A stretch of 64,000 nucleotides of DNA from Bacteroidota bacterium (GTDB taxonomy: Bacteria; Bacteroidota; Bacteroidia; Flavobacteriales_D; Crocinitomicaceae): NCBI GenBank assembly GCA_039804625.1, contig JBDLVT010000006.1:7159-71158 (forward strand). Reading direction: 5' to 3'. The notes under the pieces are model-generated. The model made no database searches, was not told the DNA's origin, and saw only the letters and a program-made list of their open reading frames with translations. The translations under genes were made by a program, and so were the position numbers. Positions 54,403-64,000 of this stretch are shown here, in pieces (position 1 is the first letter of the stretch; each line of letters opens with the position of its first letter).

Positions 54403-54410
54403 TACATTTG
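54403..54410 (+). promoter_or_regulatory. Candidate -7 box TACATTTG, 4 nt upstream of purT ATG
   Basis: Exact TAnnTTTG. ATG at 54415, and [16 protein letters not shown] is the canonical PurT N-terminus, so the start is unlikely to be further downstream. Confidence 0.45.
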
Positions 54411-54414
54411 CTTC

Positions 54415-55605
54415 ATGAAGTTCAAAATTCTCTTACTCGGCGCGGGTGAACTCGGAAAGGAGTTCGTCATTGCAGCCAAGCGCTATGGTCAGACTGTCAT
54501 TGCGGTCGATAGCTATGCTGGTGCGCCGGCGATGCAAGTGGCAGATCAGTTCGAAGTCATCGATATGTTAGACGGAGCAGCGCTCGATAAGGTTGTGGCC
54601 AAGCACCAACCTGACATCATTGTGCCGGAAATTGAAGCAATCCGCACCGAACAATTTTATCAATATGAGGCCCAAGGTATCAGTGTGGTACCGAGTGCAA
54701 AGGCGGCAAATTTCACCATGAACCGCAAAGCCATCCGCGACCTCGCGGCAAAAGAAGTCGGGGTGCGCACGGCCCCGTATCGCTATGCTAAAAGTTTGAC
54801 AGAACTCCAAGAAGGCGTGGCTTTTTGCGGCTATCCTTGTGTGGTAAAGCCTTTGATGTCCAGCTCTGGCAAAGGGCAATCTGTCATCCGCACGGAGGCG
54901 GACATCGAAAACGCCTGGAATTACGCCATGGAAGGTTCTAGAGGCGATCTCAAAGAAGTCATCGTAGAGGGCTTCATCAATTTTGACTACGAAATCACGC
55001 TACTCACCGTAACCCAACAAAATGGCCCCACCTTGTTTTGTGCGCCAATTGGCCACCGACAAGAGCGCGGCGATTACCAAGAAAGTTGGCAACCAATGCC
55101 CATGAATGCGGCGCACCTCGCCGAAGCACAAGATATGGCTGCAAGGGTCACTGCTGAACTCGGTGGAGCGGGCATTTGGGGCGTGGAATTTTTCATTACA
55201 CCAGAAGGCGCTTATTTTTCAGAATTATCTCCGCGTCCGCATGACACCGGAATGGTGACGCTTGCAGGCACGCAAAACCTCAATGAATTTGAGCTACATG
55301 CCCGCGCTGTTTTGGGCTTGCCTATCGCTGAAATCCGTCAGGTTCAGAACGGTGCAAGCGCGGTAGTTCTAGCCTCTCAAAATAGTGAAAACACACCACA
55401 ATACCTCGGTCTTGACAAAGTACTCTCAGACCCAAACGCCGAAGTGCGCATTTTCGGCAAGCCCACCACTAGGCCTTACCGCCGCATGGCTGTAGCCTTG
55501 GCTTTTGGCCCAGAAAACGTGGAAGATTTGGTCCAAACCGCAAAGCAACACGCGGCCAATATTCAAATGGCTTATTCAAATGATAAAATGAATGATTTTG
55601 AATGA
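54415..55605 (+). CDS. purT: Formate-dependent phosphoribosylglycinamide formyltransferase
   Basis: [19 protein letters not shown]-grasp core ...[15 protein letters not shown].., ...VEFFIT... Confidence 0.93.
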   Translation: MKFKILLLGAGELGKEFVIAAKRYGQTVIAVDSYAGAPAMQVADQFEVIDMLDGAALDKVVAKHQPDIIVPEIEAIRTEQFYQYEAQGISVVPSAKAANFTMNRKAIRDLAAKEVGVRTAPYRYAKSLTELQEGVAFCGYPCVVKPLMSSSGKGQSVIRTEADIENAWNYAMEGSRGDLKEVIVEGFINFDYEITLLTVTQQNGPTLFCAPIGHRQERGDYQESWQPMPMNAAHLAEAQDMAARVTAELGGAGIWGVEFFITPEGAYFSELSPRPHDTGMVTLAGTQNLNEFELHARAVLGLPIAEIRQVQNGASAVVLASQNSENTPQYLGLDKVLSDPNAEVRIFGKPTTRPYRRMAVALAFGPENVEDLVQTAKQHAANIQMAYSNDKMNDFE

Positions 55606-55632
55606 TTTTGACACAATAAAACAAATGTAGAC

Positions 55633-57402
55633 ATGAGATCTTTTTTACTACTCCTTTTTTCCTTTTTATTCACGTTAGGCGCGAGTGCCATTGAATTGCG
55701 TTATCATTTATCGATGCCTCAACCCAATTCGCATTATTTTGCCGTCAAGATCGATGTGGATAAAAACGACCAAGCCACCCAAGAGTTCAAACTGCCCGTC
55801 TGGACGCCAGGTTCCTATTTGGTGAGAGAGTTCTCCAAAAACCTCAATCAGGTCAAGGCAATTGATGCGAATGGTAAGGTGCTAAGCGTCAAGAAGAAAT
55901 CAAAAAATGCCTGGGAGGTCGAGTGTGCGGATGCAGTATCTTACACCGTTTTTTATGAGGTCTATGCCTTTGAACTTTCGGTGCGCACACCTTTTCTCGA
56001 CAACACGCATGGTTTTGTGCCCGGCGCAGCGGTTTTCATGTACACCGAAAACAGCCGCAACCAACAAGGGGTGGTGAAGGTATATCCGCATCAATCGTTT
56101 AAAAAAGTGAGTACGGCCTTGCCTAGTGCCGATTTCAAATCAGAACCGGGCTGTCAAACTTTTGTGTTCAAAGATTACGATCAGTTGGTCGATTGCCCCA
56201 TTGAGATCGGCAACCAACAAGAATTTAGCTTCACCGCTGCAGGTATCAGACATCGGGTCGCGATGTATGGCGAGGCCAATTACGATGTGAGTCTTTTGCA
56301 GCGCGACATGGCCAAAGTTGTAGAGGCCGCAACTGCTGTTTTTGGAAGCAACCCCAACCAAGACTACCTTTTTATTATACACAATGTTTCGGACGGTCAA
56401 GGCGGCCTCGAGCACATGAATTCTTGTGTCTTGAGCGTGAGCCGCTGGTCTTACACGGGCTCGAATTACATTGGTTTCATCAATTTAGTAGCACATGAAT
56501 ATTTCCATCTTTGGAATGTCAAGCGCATTCGACCTATCGAATTAGGCCCTTTCAATTACGACCAAGAGTGCTATACTTCCTTGCTTTGGGTCATGGAAGG
56601 CATTACATCTTACTATGACGAACTTTTGTTGCGCAGGGCCGGTTTTTACACGCCTGCAGAGTTTTTATCAAAAATGCAGTCCCAGATCAATTACGTGGAA
56701 GGATCACCTGGTTCACGTGTTCAGCCGGTTGCGCACGCCAGTTTTGATGCCTGGATCAAGGCCTACAGACCCAACGAGAATTCTGGCAATACCACCATGA
56801 CCTATTATTCTAGAGGAGCTGTTTTAGGTGCCGTACTCGACGCGTTCATCATTCAAAAATCGAAGGGCAAGCAAAGTTTAGACGGTTTCATGCAAATGCT
56901 TTACAAGAAGTATGCACTCGATCAAAAGCGTGGATTTACCGAGCAAGAGTTTGAATTGGAGTTGTCTAATTATTGTGGAGAAGACATGCGCTCGTTTTTT
57001 ACCAATTACGTCAATGGGACGCAAATCATTCCATACCAAAAGTATTTTGAACCAATGGGCGTCAAAGTCATGGATCAGACCAGCACGCTCACCAATTTTG
57101 GTGCAGCGCTCGAATCTGGAGAAGTACTCAAAGTGCGAACGGTTCGCAGTGGTTCAGCGGCAGAGGATGCCGGAATCAATGTTGGCGACGAAATCCTCGC
57201 CTGTGACGGCTACAGAATGGATAAAACTGCACTGGAGAACAAATACAATAACCTCCAGCCCGGTGGCACAATCGAATTGTTATTGGCTAGAGATGGCAAG
57301 GTCTTCACGACAAAATGTGCCATGAAAACCTTTGCCAAACCTCAATTTTCACTTCAAATAAAGGATGCCAATGCGCCACTTCTTCTTTATTGGCTTCGTT
57401 AG
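55633..57402 (+). CDS. M61 family (glycyl aminopeptidase-like) metallopeptidase with C-terminal PDZ domain
   Basis: Signal peptide, HExxH in VAHEYFHLWNVKRIRP, and PDZ-like SGSAAEDAGINVGDEILACDG. Confidence 0.88.
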   Translation: MRSFLLLLFSFLFTLGASAIELRYHLSMPQPNSHYFAVKIDVDKNDQATQEFKLPVWTPGSYLVREFSKNLNQVKAIDANGKVLSVKKKSKNAWEVECADAVSYTVFYEVYAFELSVRTPFLDNTHGFVPGAAVFMYTENSRNQQGVVKVYPHQSFKKVSTALPSADFKSEPGCQTFVFKDYDQLVDCPIEIGNQQEFSFTAAGIRHRVAMYGEANYDVSLLQRDMAKVVEAATAVFGSNPNQDYLFIIHNVSDGQGGLEHMNSCVLSVSRWSYTGSNYIGFINLVAHEYFHLWNVKRIRPIELGPFNYDQECYTSLLWVMEGITSYYDELLLRRAGFYTPAEFLSKMQSQINYVEGSPGSRVQPVAHASFDAWIKAYRPNENSGNTTMTYYSRGAVLGAVLDAFIIQKSKGKQSLDGFMQMLYKKYALDQKRGFTEQEFELELSNYCGEDMRSFFTNYVNGTQIIPYQKYFEPMGVKVMDQTSTLTNFGAALESGEVLKVRTVRSGSAAEDAGINVGDEILACDGYRMDKTALENKYNNLQPGGTIELLLARDGKVFTTKCAMKTFAKPQFSLQIKDANAPLLLYWLR

Positions 57403-58642
57403 CCTCTTCGCTGCTGAGTTACTTGCTCAACCGATTAAAAACATTCAAATTCCTCCCGTTGCGGCCAAATATGCTTTCAACGAATGCGAGCCATCAATTG
57501 CTATAAACCCGCGCAATCCACAAGAAATAAGCGCCGGTACTGTACTCCAGGGCTATCACTTTTCAGCAGATGGCGGCCAAACCTGGACATCAAGCGCGCT
57601 CAAAAGCCCTTATGGTGTCTACGGCGACCCCGTTTTACAATACGACAACAGCGGCCGTTTATATTACTTTCATTTAAGTGATTACAGCAAAGGAAGTCAC
57701 TTAGATCGGATCGTATGTCAGGTATCAGACAAAGCGGGTCAGTTTTCAAAAGGTTCTTTTCCGAAGCCCAATGGCACGAAAGTCCAAGACAAACATTGGG
57801 TGGTCATCGATCCCAAAACAAACGTGCTTTACATGACCTGGACACAATTCGACGCCTATGACTCACCCGATCCAAAAGACTCCTCTATCATTGTCTTTTC
57901 AAAGTCCATGGACAGAGGTGAAAGTTGGTCCGATCCCGTGAGGATCTCTAAGTTTGGGGGCGATTGCCTCGATGGCGACAACACCGTAGAAGGCGCTGTA
58001 CCTGCGCTCGGCCCAAATGGCGAACTTTATGTCTGCTGGACAGGCCCGCGCGGCATTATGTTTCAAAAATCGACAGATGGCGGTCTTACTTGGTTGCCAG
58101 AAGAACGCCAACTCGCTGACCACATAGGCGGTTGGGACATCCAAATTCCGGGTATTTACCGCGCAAATGGTCTGCCTTTTTTAATGTCAGATTTGAGCGG
58201 TGGGCCCAATAACGGAACACTCTATCTCAACTGGTGCGACCAACGCAACGGCAGCGACAACACCGACGTCTGGTTGCTCAAATCTACTGACGGCGGCACT
58301 ACATGGTCGGAGCCGATTCAAGTCAACCAAGATAAAGGCGCCAAGCACCAATTTCTAACCTCAATGGCTATTGACCCCGTACGCGGCGACCTCCATTTTG
58401 TCTATTACGACCGCAGGCGCTTCGACGACAACCGCACAGATGTCGTTTGGGCTACCAGCACCGACGGCGCTCAAACTTTTAAAGAACAGCGCATTTCCGC
58501 GCAGCCTTTCATGCCGAGCCCCTTGGTTTTCTTCGGAGATTATTTAGGAATATCGGCCTATGACGGGCGCGTGAGGCCCATCTGGCCGCGCATGGACAAC
58601 GGCAAAATTTCACTTTGGGTAGCGCTCATTGACCTCGAATAA
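57365..58642 (+). CDS. BNR-repeat sialidase-like glycoside hydrolase (secreted)
   Basis: Signal peptide MPMRHFFFIGFVSLFAAELLAQ. Four SxDxGxTW-type repeats: SADGGQTW, STDGGLTW, STDGGTTW, STDGAQTF. 38-nt overlap with the M61 gene. Confidence 0.8.
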   Translation: MPMRHFFFIGFVSLFAAELLAQPIKNIQIPPVAAKYAFNECEPSIAINPRNPQEISAGTVLQGYHFSADGGQTWTSSALKSPYGVYGDPVLQYDNSGRLYYFHLSDYSKGSHLDRIVCQVSDKAGQFSKGSFPKPNGTKVQDKHWVVIDPKTNVLYMTWTQFDAYDSPDPKDSSIIVFSKSMDRGESWSDPVRISKFGGDCLDGDNTVEGAVPALGPNGELYVCWTGPRGIMFQKSTDGGLTWLPEERQLADHIGGWDIQIPGIYRANGLPFLMSDLSGGPNNGTLYLNWCDQRNGSDNTDVWLLKSTDGGTTWSEPIQVNQDKGAKHQFLTSMAIDPVRGDLHFVYYDRRRFDDNRTDVVWATSTDGAQTFKEQRISAQPFMPSPLVFFGDYLGISAYDGRVRPIWPRMDNGKISLWVALIDLE

Positions 58643-59317
58643 ATGCTTCTGGAAACCTTACCTTCGGATTGGCAGCAAGTACTGCAAGCCGAACTTCAAA
58701 AGCCCTATTTCACTGCATTATTGAGTAAGCTAGAAAAGGAATATGCGTCAAATCCGGGTCAAATATTTCCTCCAAAATCTCAACTTTTTGCTGCTTTTCG
58801 CTTTTGTGCAGTAGCGCATTTAAAAGTAGTCATTCTTGGTCAAGACCCGTATCCGACAAAAGGTCACGCCAACGGTTTGTGTTTTTCTGTTGCCTCCGAC
58901 GTCAAACCGTTTCCGAAAAGCTTGCACAATATTTATAAAGAAAGAAGAACCGACCTCCAAGTACCCGATTTACCTAATGGCAATCTTGAACATTGGGCAA
59001 AACAAGGCGTTTTGTTGCTCAATTCTGTATTGACGGTCGAAGAGGGGAAACCAGATAGCCATAAAAATTGGGGCTGGGAACAGTTTACAGATGCGGTAAT
59101 TCAAAAAATAGCCGCTGAAAAACAACCGGTGGTATTTATCTTATGGGGAGCCAAAGCCCAGGCCAAAGCTGTTCAAATTGACGCTAGTAGGCATTTGATT
59201 TTGAAAGCGGTGCATCCGTCGCCTTTGGCTGCACACCGCGGTTTTTTTGGCTGCAAGCACTTCACTAAGACAAATGCGTTTTTACGTATGGTGGGCGCGC
59301 GCGAAATTCAATGGTAA
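58643..59317 (+). CDS. ung: Uracil-DNA glycosylase
   Basis: ILGQDPYP, LLLNSVLTV, HPSPLAAHRGFFG. Confidence 0.95.
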   Translation: MLLETLPSDWQQVLQAELQKPYFTALLSKLEKEYASNPGQIFPPKSQLFAAFRFCAVAHLKVVILGQDPYPTKGHANGLCFSVASDVKPFPKSLHNIYKERRTDLQVPDLPNGNLEHWAKQGVLLLNSVLTVEEGKPDSHKNWGWEQFTDAVIQKIAAEKQPVVFILWGAKAQAKAVQIDASRHLILKAVHPSPLAAHRGFFGCKHFTKTNAFLRMVGAREIQW

Positions 59318-59335
59318 TTGCGTACCTTTGCACAG

Positions 59336-60382
59336 ATGATTCAAAACGATATATTTCTACGCGCGCACCGTGGCGAGGCCATCGAGCGCTATCCAGTATG
59401 GCTCATGCGTCAGGCAGGCAGAATCCTACCTGAATACCGCGCTGTTAGAGCCAAATTATCGGGCTTTAAAGAACTTGTAGAGACACCCGAATTCGCAACC
59501 GAAGTCACCATCCAACCCGTAGATTTACTCGGCGTAGATGCCGCAATTATCTTTTCGGATATTTTAGTGATCCCAGAGGCGATGGGTTTGCCGTATCAAA
59601 TGATTGAGCAAAAGGGGCCTTGGTTTGAAAACACCATCCGCACACAAGCGCAGCTCGATCAGCTCGACGCCGTTGTAGATGTTCAAGACCGCCTATGGTA
59701 TGTTTTTGAAGCTTTAAAGCAAACCAAAGCTGGTTTAGGAGGTCGCGTGCCGCTCATCGGTTTTGCCGGCGCTCCCTGGACCATCCTCTGCTATATGGTA
59801 GAAGGTCATGGTTCCAAAACATTCAGTGAATCCAGAAAATTACTTTATACCCAACCCTTACTCGCACATCAACTTTTGCAACGCATCACCGATGTCACCA
59901 TCGCCTACCTTAAAGGGCAAATTGCCGCCGGAGCCGATGCTCTCCAGCTTTTCGATTCTTGGGCGGGTATACTCGGCGAAGACCAATACCGCGAATTCGG
60001 TTTGCGTTACATAGAGCAAATTTGTGCTGCCCTACAAGAGGTTCCGCTCACTGTCTTCTCCAAAGGTGCAATTGCCTCTTTGCCTGAAATTGCACAATTG
60101 CCCTGCACCACCATCGGCCTCGACTGGAATATGTCTGTACCTGTGGCACGAAGTTTGGTTCAGGAGCAAAAGACTTTGCAAGGTAATTTAGATCCTTGTG
60201 TGCTCTATGGAAGTTCACAATTGATCGAGCAAGAAACCAAAAAAATGCTCAATTCCTTTAAAAGTCAAAGACATATTGTAAATTTGGGTCACGGAGTCTA
60301 TCCCGATATTGATCCAGAAATGGTCAAAGTATTTATAAATACCGTTAAAAACTATGAAATTACAAACCACGCCAATTCGTAG
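59336..60382 (+). CDS. hemE: Uroporphyrinogen decarboxylase
   Basis: [32 protein letters not shown] 59336 preferred over TTG 59318. Confidence 0.93.
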   Translation: MIQNDIFLRAHRGEAIERYPVWLMRQAGRILPEYRAVRAKLSGFKELVETPEFATEVTIQPVDLLGVDAAIIFSDILVIPEAMGLPYQMIEQKGPWFENTIRTQAQLDQLDAVVDVQDRLWYVFEALKQTKAGLGGRVPLIGFAGAPWTILCYMVEGHGSKTFSESRKLLYTQPLLAHQLLQRITDVTIAYLKGQIAAGADALQLFDSWAGILGEDQYREFGLRYIEQICAALQEVPLTVFSKGAIASLPEIAQLPCTTIGLDWNMSVPVARSLVQEQKTLQGNLDPCVLYGSSQLIEQETKKMLNSFKSQRHIVNLGHGVYPDIDPEMVKVFINTVKNYEITNHANS

Positions 60383-61598
60383 CATTTTAGTTGCTTGTTC
60401 AATTCTAGCGCTCTCTCAAGGTACTTTTGCTCAAAAAAGCAAAAAAACCAACGAAAAAGAAATCGTCAACATTACTTTTGAAGGTGCTTCCGAAGACCTC
60501 ACCGAACTCAATGGCATAGAAGCAGCTGGAAAGGGCATTAGCTCACCAACCGAAATCAAAGCCGATTTATTTTCAAAGTCTGGAACAAGCGATATCGGTA
60601 TTCCTGTTAATATTTACGGTTCTGAAGAGCCAACCACCGAAAACGGCGGAAACGTCTATGCAGGAATCGTCGCCTACAAGCCAGGTAAACTCGCGGGTGA
60701 ACGCTCTTACATCACTATTCAGCTGATGCAAGGCAAAGAACCAGTCACACTCAAAAAGGGCCTTACTTATTGCATTGAATACGCAGTTTCACTCAGTGAG
60801 TCCTCTAAATTTGCTTGCAACAACCTTGGTGCTTATCTTTCGAAAGATAAACCAGGAAACGGCGAGCCAGGTGCTATTTACATGGCGGGTGATCACGTCA
60901 TGAAAGCGCAAGTCAACAAAGTATACAATGGTTTCTTCGGTTGGGAGAAAGTTTGCAACACGTACACGGCTAAAGGCGATGAAAAATACATCACTATTGG
61001 TAACTTCGACCTCAACGATAAAACACAATTTCAAGCAGTCAAGAAACCAAAAGATGCCGAAGCAGACCCACTCACACACGCCTACTACTACATCGACAAC
61101 ATCATCGTTCGTTTGGTAGACAGCCCAACGGAATGTGCTTGCTTCAATGCCAAGCCACCAAAAATCGAAGATGGCTTCTCTACATTGGTTTTTGACAAAA
61201 CGCCAGAAATCAACGACAAAATGAATACCGAAAAGAAGATTGCTGCGCAAACCATTTATTTCCGTGCGGGTAAAACCTCATTGACGGAAAATGCACGCGT
61301 GAACCTAGATTTCATCATTGCTCAAATGAACGCCAACCCGGCCATGAAATTAGAAGTTGAAGGTCACAACGACGGTCTTGAAATCAAAGCAGGCGCCGAA
61401 AACGAAGACTACCTCGACATGGACCGCAAGCGCGTAGCAGCAGCAGTGAAATACTTAACTAACAACGGCATTGATGAAGAACGCATCGTGAAGTCTTACA
61501 AATCTGATACTACGCCAAGTGCTGAAATCAGCGAAGACGACGACCAAGAGGTCAAAGACGCAAAAAACCGCAGGGTTGAATTCAGGGTCAAGCTTTAA
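60354..61598 (+). CDS. OmpA-family protein with uncharacterised N-terminal domain
   Basis: Signal peptide ..[18 protein letters not shown]-terminal OmpA-like [10 protein letters not shown]...LEVEGHND...[11 protein letters not shown]...NRRVEF. Confidence 0.82.
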   Translation: MKLQTTPIRSILVACSILALSQGTFAQKSKKTNEKEIVNITFEGASEDLTELNGIEAAGKGISSPTEIKADLFSKSGTSDIGIPVNIYGSEEPTTENGGNVYAGIVAYKPGKLAGERSYITIQLMQGKEPVTLKKGLTYCIEYAVSLSESSKFACNNLGAYLSKDKPGNGEPGAIYMAGDHVMKAQVNKVYNGFFGWEKVCNTYTAKGDEKYITIGNFDLNDKTQFQAVKKPKDAEADPLTHAYYYIDNIIVRLVDSPTECACFNAKPPKIEDGFSTLVFDKTPEINDKMNTEKKIAAQTIYFRAGKTSLTENARVNLDFIIAQMNANPAMKLEVEGHNDGLEIKAGAENEDYLDMDRKRVAAAVKYLTNNGIDEERIVKSYKSDTTPSAEISEDDDQEVKDAKNRRVEFRVKL

Positions 61599-61630
61599 AA
61601 AATGACATTAGGAGCTTTTTAGCTCCATTT

Positions 61631-61677
61631 AAGAACACAAAAAAACCGCAGGTTCCCTGCGGTTTTTTTGTGTTCTT
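61631..61677. terminator. Bidirectional intrinsic terminator between convergent ompA-family gene and maf
   Basis: Perfect 22-nt inverted repeat AAGAACACAAAAAAACCGCAGG (61631..61652) / CCTGCGGTTTTTTTGTGTTCTT (61656..61677). The GC core CCGCAGG/CCTGCGG is flanked by A7 and T7, so it reads as a hairpin plus U-tract on both strands. Confidence 0.85.
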
Positions 61678-61691
61678 AATGTTCAGAAAAA

Positions 61692-62252
61692 TCAGCTTAA
61701 ATTTTTCAAGAAAGGATAGAGTCTTTGGGTAGGGAGGCCCATCACGTTGGTATACGAACCGCGAATTTCTACGACACCGATATGTCCAATCCAGTCTTGA
61801 ATGCCGTAAGAACCCGCTTTGTCCATCGCTTGGTGTTGTTCCACATAATGTAGGATATCGGCCAGCTTGAGTTCTTGGAAGCGCACTGTCGTGCAATCTA
61901 CGAGTTGGTGCTCTCCTTGCTCGTCTTTAATCACGACCCCAGTGTATACTTCATGGCTCTGCCCCGATAATTTCTGGAGCATTTCAATGGCGTCAGCTTT
62001 GCTCGTTGGTTTGCCTAGAACTTCACCGTTCAGGAACACGATGGTATCTGCACAGATGAGTCTTTCGCCTTGCGCGAGTTGTGGCCAAATGGCAGCAATT
62101 TTCTTTCTACAAATAGACAACACTAATTCTTCTGGGCCTAACGTAGGGTCAAAAGATTCGTCTGCATCGGCCGTGAGTACCCGAAAATCAAATCCGAGTT
62201 CGGTGAGCAGTGCTTTTCTTCTTGGCGAAGCGGATCCGAGAACTAATTTCAT
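61692..62252 (-). CDS. maf: Maf-family nucleoside triphosphate pyrophosphatase
   Basis: MKLVLGSASPRRKALL, ICADTIV, DKAGSYGIQ. Confidence 0.9.
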   Translation of the reverse strand: MKLVLGSASPRRKALLTELGFDFRVLTADADESFDPTLGPEELVLSICRKKIAAIWPQLAQGERLICADTIVFLNGEVLGKPTSKADAIEMLQKLSGQSHEVYTGVVIKDEQGEHQLVDCTTVRFQELKLADILHYVEQHQAMDKAGSYGIQDWIGHIGVVEIRGSYTNVMGLPTQRLYPFLKNLS

Positions 62253-62253
62253 C

Positions 62254-63174
62254 TTAAAAGTATAGACAGGTCAGACCTAATATGAGGGCAATTGTGGGTA
62301 GCCAGCGCAAATATTTAGCGAGCAGGTTCGGTGCAAGAAAATATGCTGCAAAACCCACAAGAAAGAAACCTTCTAGCATACTCAAAACCAACATAGTATA
62401 GAAACTAGGTAGCGAAAAATCTGAGATCAGTTTGAGTATGAGAAAAAATAGCGCAGGGAGTTGTAGAATGATGAGCGCCATGAGCGTTGCTTTTTGTGTG
62501 CCAATTTGACGCGGAATGGTGTGTGCATCGATGAGGCTATCACCAGGAATATCGCGAATGTCTTTGATGATTTCCCTACTCAGGTTAATGAAAAATGCGC
62601 AGATGGCTACAAAATAAATAAAGCGGTAATCCAAGAACGTAGACCATGTTTCTTCATGATAAGGGGAGAAGCTGCTCTGACGCTCATTGAGCACCTGAAA
62701 AAACCAGCTCGATAAAAACAAGACCAACCCGGGCAAGGCGGCAAGTACGACGATACCCAAGACCAATTTGCGTTTCCAATAAGCGCTGTAAAACCAAAGT
62801 AAATTGATGCTCAATAAATGAACAAAGACAAAAAGAAGGGTGTCGTAGAGCCAAGATAGAATGACAGCCATTAAGAAACCAAGGATATTTAAGATCCAGT
62901 TGGCTAAGATTGCCCAGCGCTTGGCCATATATTTGGTGAGTACGAGTGCATCGGGTTTATTGATGCGGTCGGCCTTGAGGTCAAAGTAGTCATTGATGAT
63001 GTGTCCGGCTGCTGCAATGATCAGGGTAGAACAGATCAAAAGCCCATAATGGAACGGATGAAAGTCAATGACAACATATGGATTTTGCTTGTGTAAAAAA
63101 TAAGCTACACCGAGCATGGCAAATAAAATCGCCAGTAGGTTTTTGACGCGAATGAGTCTTAAGAATGGAATCAT
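62254..63174 (-). CDS. UbiA-superfamily prenyltransferase (DGGGP-synthase-like subfamily)
   Basis: 8-9 TM helices. First Asp-rich motif GHIINDYFDLKADRINKPD, second region REIIKDIRDIPGD. ATGA overlap with the upstream OmpA gene, and 1-nt gap to maf. Confidence 0.75.
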   Translation of the reverse strand: MIPFLRLIRVKNLLAILFAMLGVAYFLHKQNPYVVIDFHPFHYGLLICSTLIIAAAGHIINDYFDLKADRINKPDALVLTKYMAKRWAILANWILNILGFLMAVILSWLYDTLLFVFVHLLSINLLWFYSAYWKRKLVLGIVVLAALPGLVLFLSSWFFQVLNERQSSFSPYHEETWSTFLDYRFIYFVAICAFFINLSREIIKDIRDIPGDSLIDAHTIPRQIGTQKATLMALIILQLPALFFLILKLISDFSLPSFYTMLVLSMLEGFFLVGFAAYFLAPNLLAKYLRWLPTIALILGLTCLYF

Positions 63175-64000
63175 GGTATTATTTTATAACAGGTTCTTCG
63201 GTTTTTCTGATGCGCGGCTTCAATTTGAGCAGCTTCGCTTAAATTGGCAATGGCAGCATTACTGACGATAGGTTGGGTTGCTCCATAGCCTTTGAACGTG
63301 AGACGGCTAGCGGCTATGCCTTCTTGGATTAAAAATTCATAAACAGCTTTGGCGCGCGCCTCGGATAGAAGGAGGTTTTTTGTGGCATCGCCACGGCTAT
63401 CTGTATGGCCTTGGATTTCAATTTTGAGTTGAGGGTTTTTGAGCAAGTAGTTGCTGAGGTTGAGCAACTCTACTTTTGATTCTGGCCTGAGGGTGGCTTT
63501 ACCGAGGTCAAAAAAGACGTTATTGAGAACGTTCTCTGCCGTTGAGCTCAGCGGATTGAGCGGCATGTCGAGCAGGTAACTTTTTGCGCCTGTAAGGTTA
63601 GTTAAGTCAAAATTGAGTGAAAAAGGATGGTAGCCCGGATGGTTGACTAGCACCGCATAACTCTGATTGACAGGCAAAGGCAGTGTGATTTTTCCGTCAA
63701 AAAGGTCGGCCAATCCATCGAATACTTTTTGCCCTGAAGATAGGTCTGTGAGCTCAATGTGTGCAGCGAGTTTCTTGTTGCTCGTGGCGTCAAAAGCAGT
63801 GCCTTCAAAGTAAAATGTTTGGACGGCTTGTAGTTCTGAAGGGAGTTCAAAAGTATAAATATCAAGTGCGCCATAACCACCTTGTCGGTCGGATGCAAAA
63901 AAGGCGATGTCTCCTTGTGCGGAAACGAGTAAGGAATTTTCATCGAAGCGCGTATTGATCGGATAACCAAGATTGACGGGTTTGCCCCAGTTGCCCTTGG
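63171..64000 (-). CDS. PD40/TolB-like repeat + OmpA C-terminal domain protein (partial; 5' end beyond right edge)
   Basis: The ORF track shows only 63171..63713, which opens with TTG. The frame stays open to the window edge. My translation: ..KGNWGKPVNLGYPINTRFDENSLLVSAQGDIAFFASDRQGGYGALDIYTFELP... C-terminal OmpA: NVFFDLGKATL...IQGHTDSRGD...LSEARAKAVYEFL. Confidence 0.8.
   Translation of the reverse strand, partial: KGNWGKPVNLGYPINTRFDENSLLVSAQGDIAFFASDRQGGYGALDIYTFELPSELQAVQTFYFEGTAFDATSNKKLAAHIELTDLSSGQKVFDGLADLFDGKITLPLPVNQSYAVLVNHPGYHPFSLNFDLTNLTGAKSYLLDMPLNPLSSTAENVLNNVFFDLGKATLRPESKVELLNLSNYLLKNPQLKIEIQGHTDSRGDATKNLLLSEARAKAVYEFLIQEGIAASRLTFKGYGATQPIVSNAAIANLSEAAQIEAAHQKNRRTCYKIIP

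Noticed and set aside
63647-63970. ORFs 63647..63970 (-) and 63761..63958 (+) at the right edge.
   Set aside because: A third frame on the minus strand continues the OmpA-family ORF 63171..63713 upstream without stops to position 64000. It encodes PD40/TolB-like sequence (FFASDRQGGYGALDIYTF), which explains the region better.
1-64000. CRISPR arrays, prophage or IS elements, rRNA, and large structured ncRNAs or riboswitches.
   Set aside because: I saw no regularly spaced direct repeats. No intergenic region exceeds about 230 nt. The leaders of ribD, folD, purT and pdxJ are too short (0-20 nt) to hold the corresponding riboswitches.

Overview
This window is a dense (roughly 95% coding) chromosomal core segment of a Bacteroidota genome. 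Evidence for the phylum: T9SS-type C-terminal sorting domains, bshA, starts without Shine-Dalgarno sequences, and exact TAnnTTTG -7 promoter boxes upstream of most operon-leading genes. I call 66 protein genes, two identical tandem tRNA-Glu(UUC) genes, 4 intrinsic terminators and 16 candidate -7 promoter boxes.

The content is mostly housekeeping:
- Core metabolism and information processing: folD, dnaK, carB, dnaG, pdxJ, nadK, ribD, rpsT, sucD, gatB, purT, ung, hemE, tsaE.
- Envelope: lpxH, lpxK, Skp/OmpH, OmpA-family proteins, a porin-like barrel, two MscS channels.
- Secreted T9SS cargo: an SBBP/PKD giant protein and a CotH-kinase protein.
- Three PPIase genes.

I see no transposase, integrase, phage genes, CRISPR array, toxin-antitoxin pair or recognisable defence island. 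I do not find convincing evidence for a wholly new multi-gene system. The candidates most worth follow-up are:
1. An overlapping VTC-domain (polyphosphate-polymerase-like) + DUF4956 membrane-protein pair at 52947..54363, with a CotH kinase elsewhere in the window.
2. A recurrent TAnnTTTG-N3-6-ATG arrangement that predicts leaderless mRNAs for at least six genes.
3. A tightly coupled operon of a CCA-nucleotidyltransferase/HD protein, a PRiA4_ORF3-like protein, a SAM methyltransferase and an FKBP, next to an RRM protein.
4. A secreted cyclophilin-FKBP fusion with a His-rich tail.
5. A DGGGP-synthase-like UbiA prenyltransferase.

All family assignments come from reading motifs in the translations. 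No database search was run.
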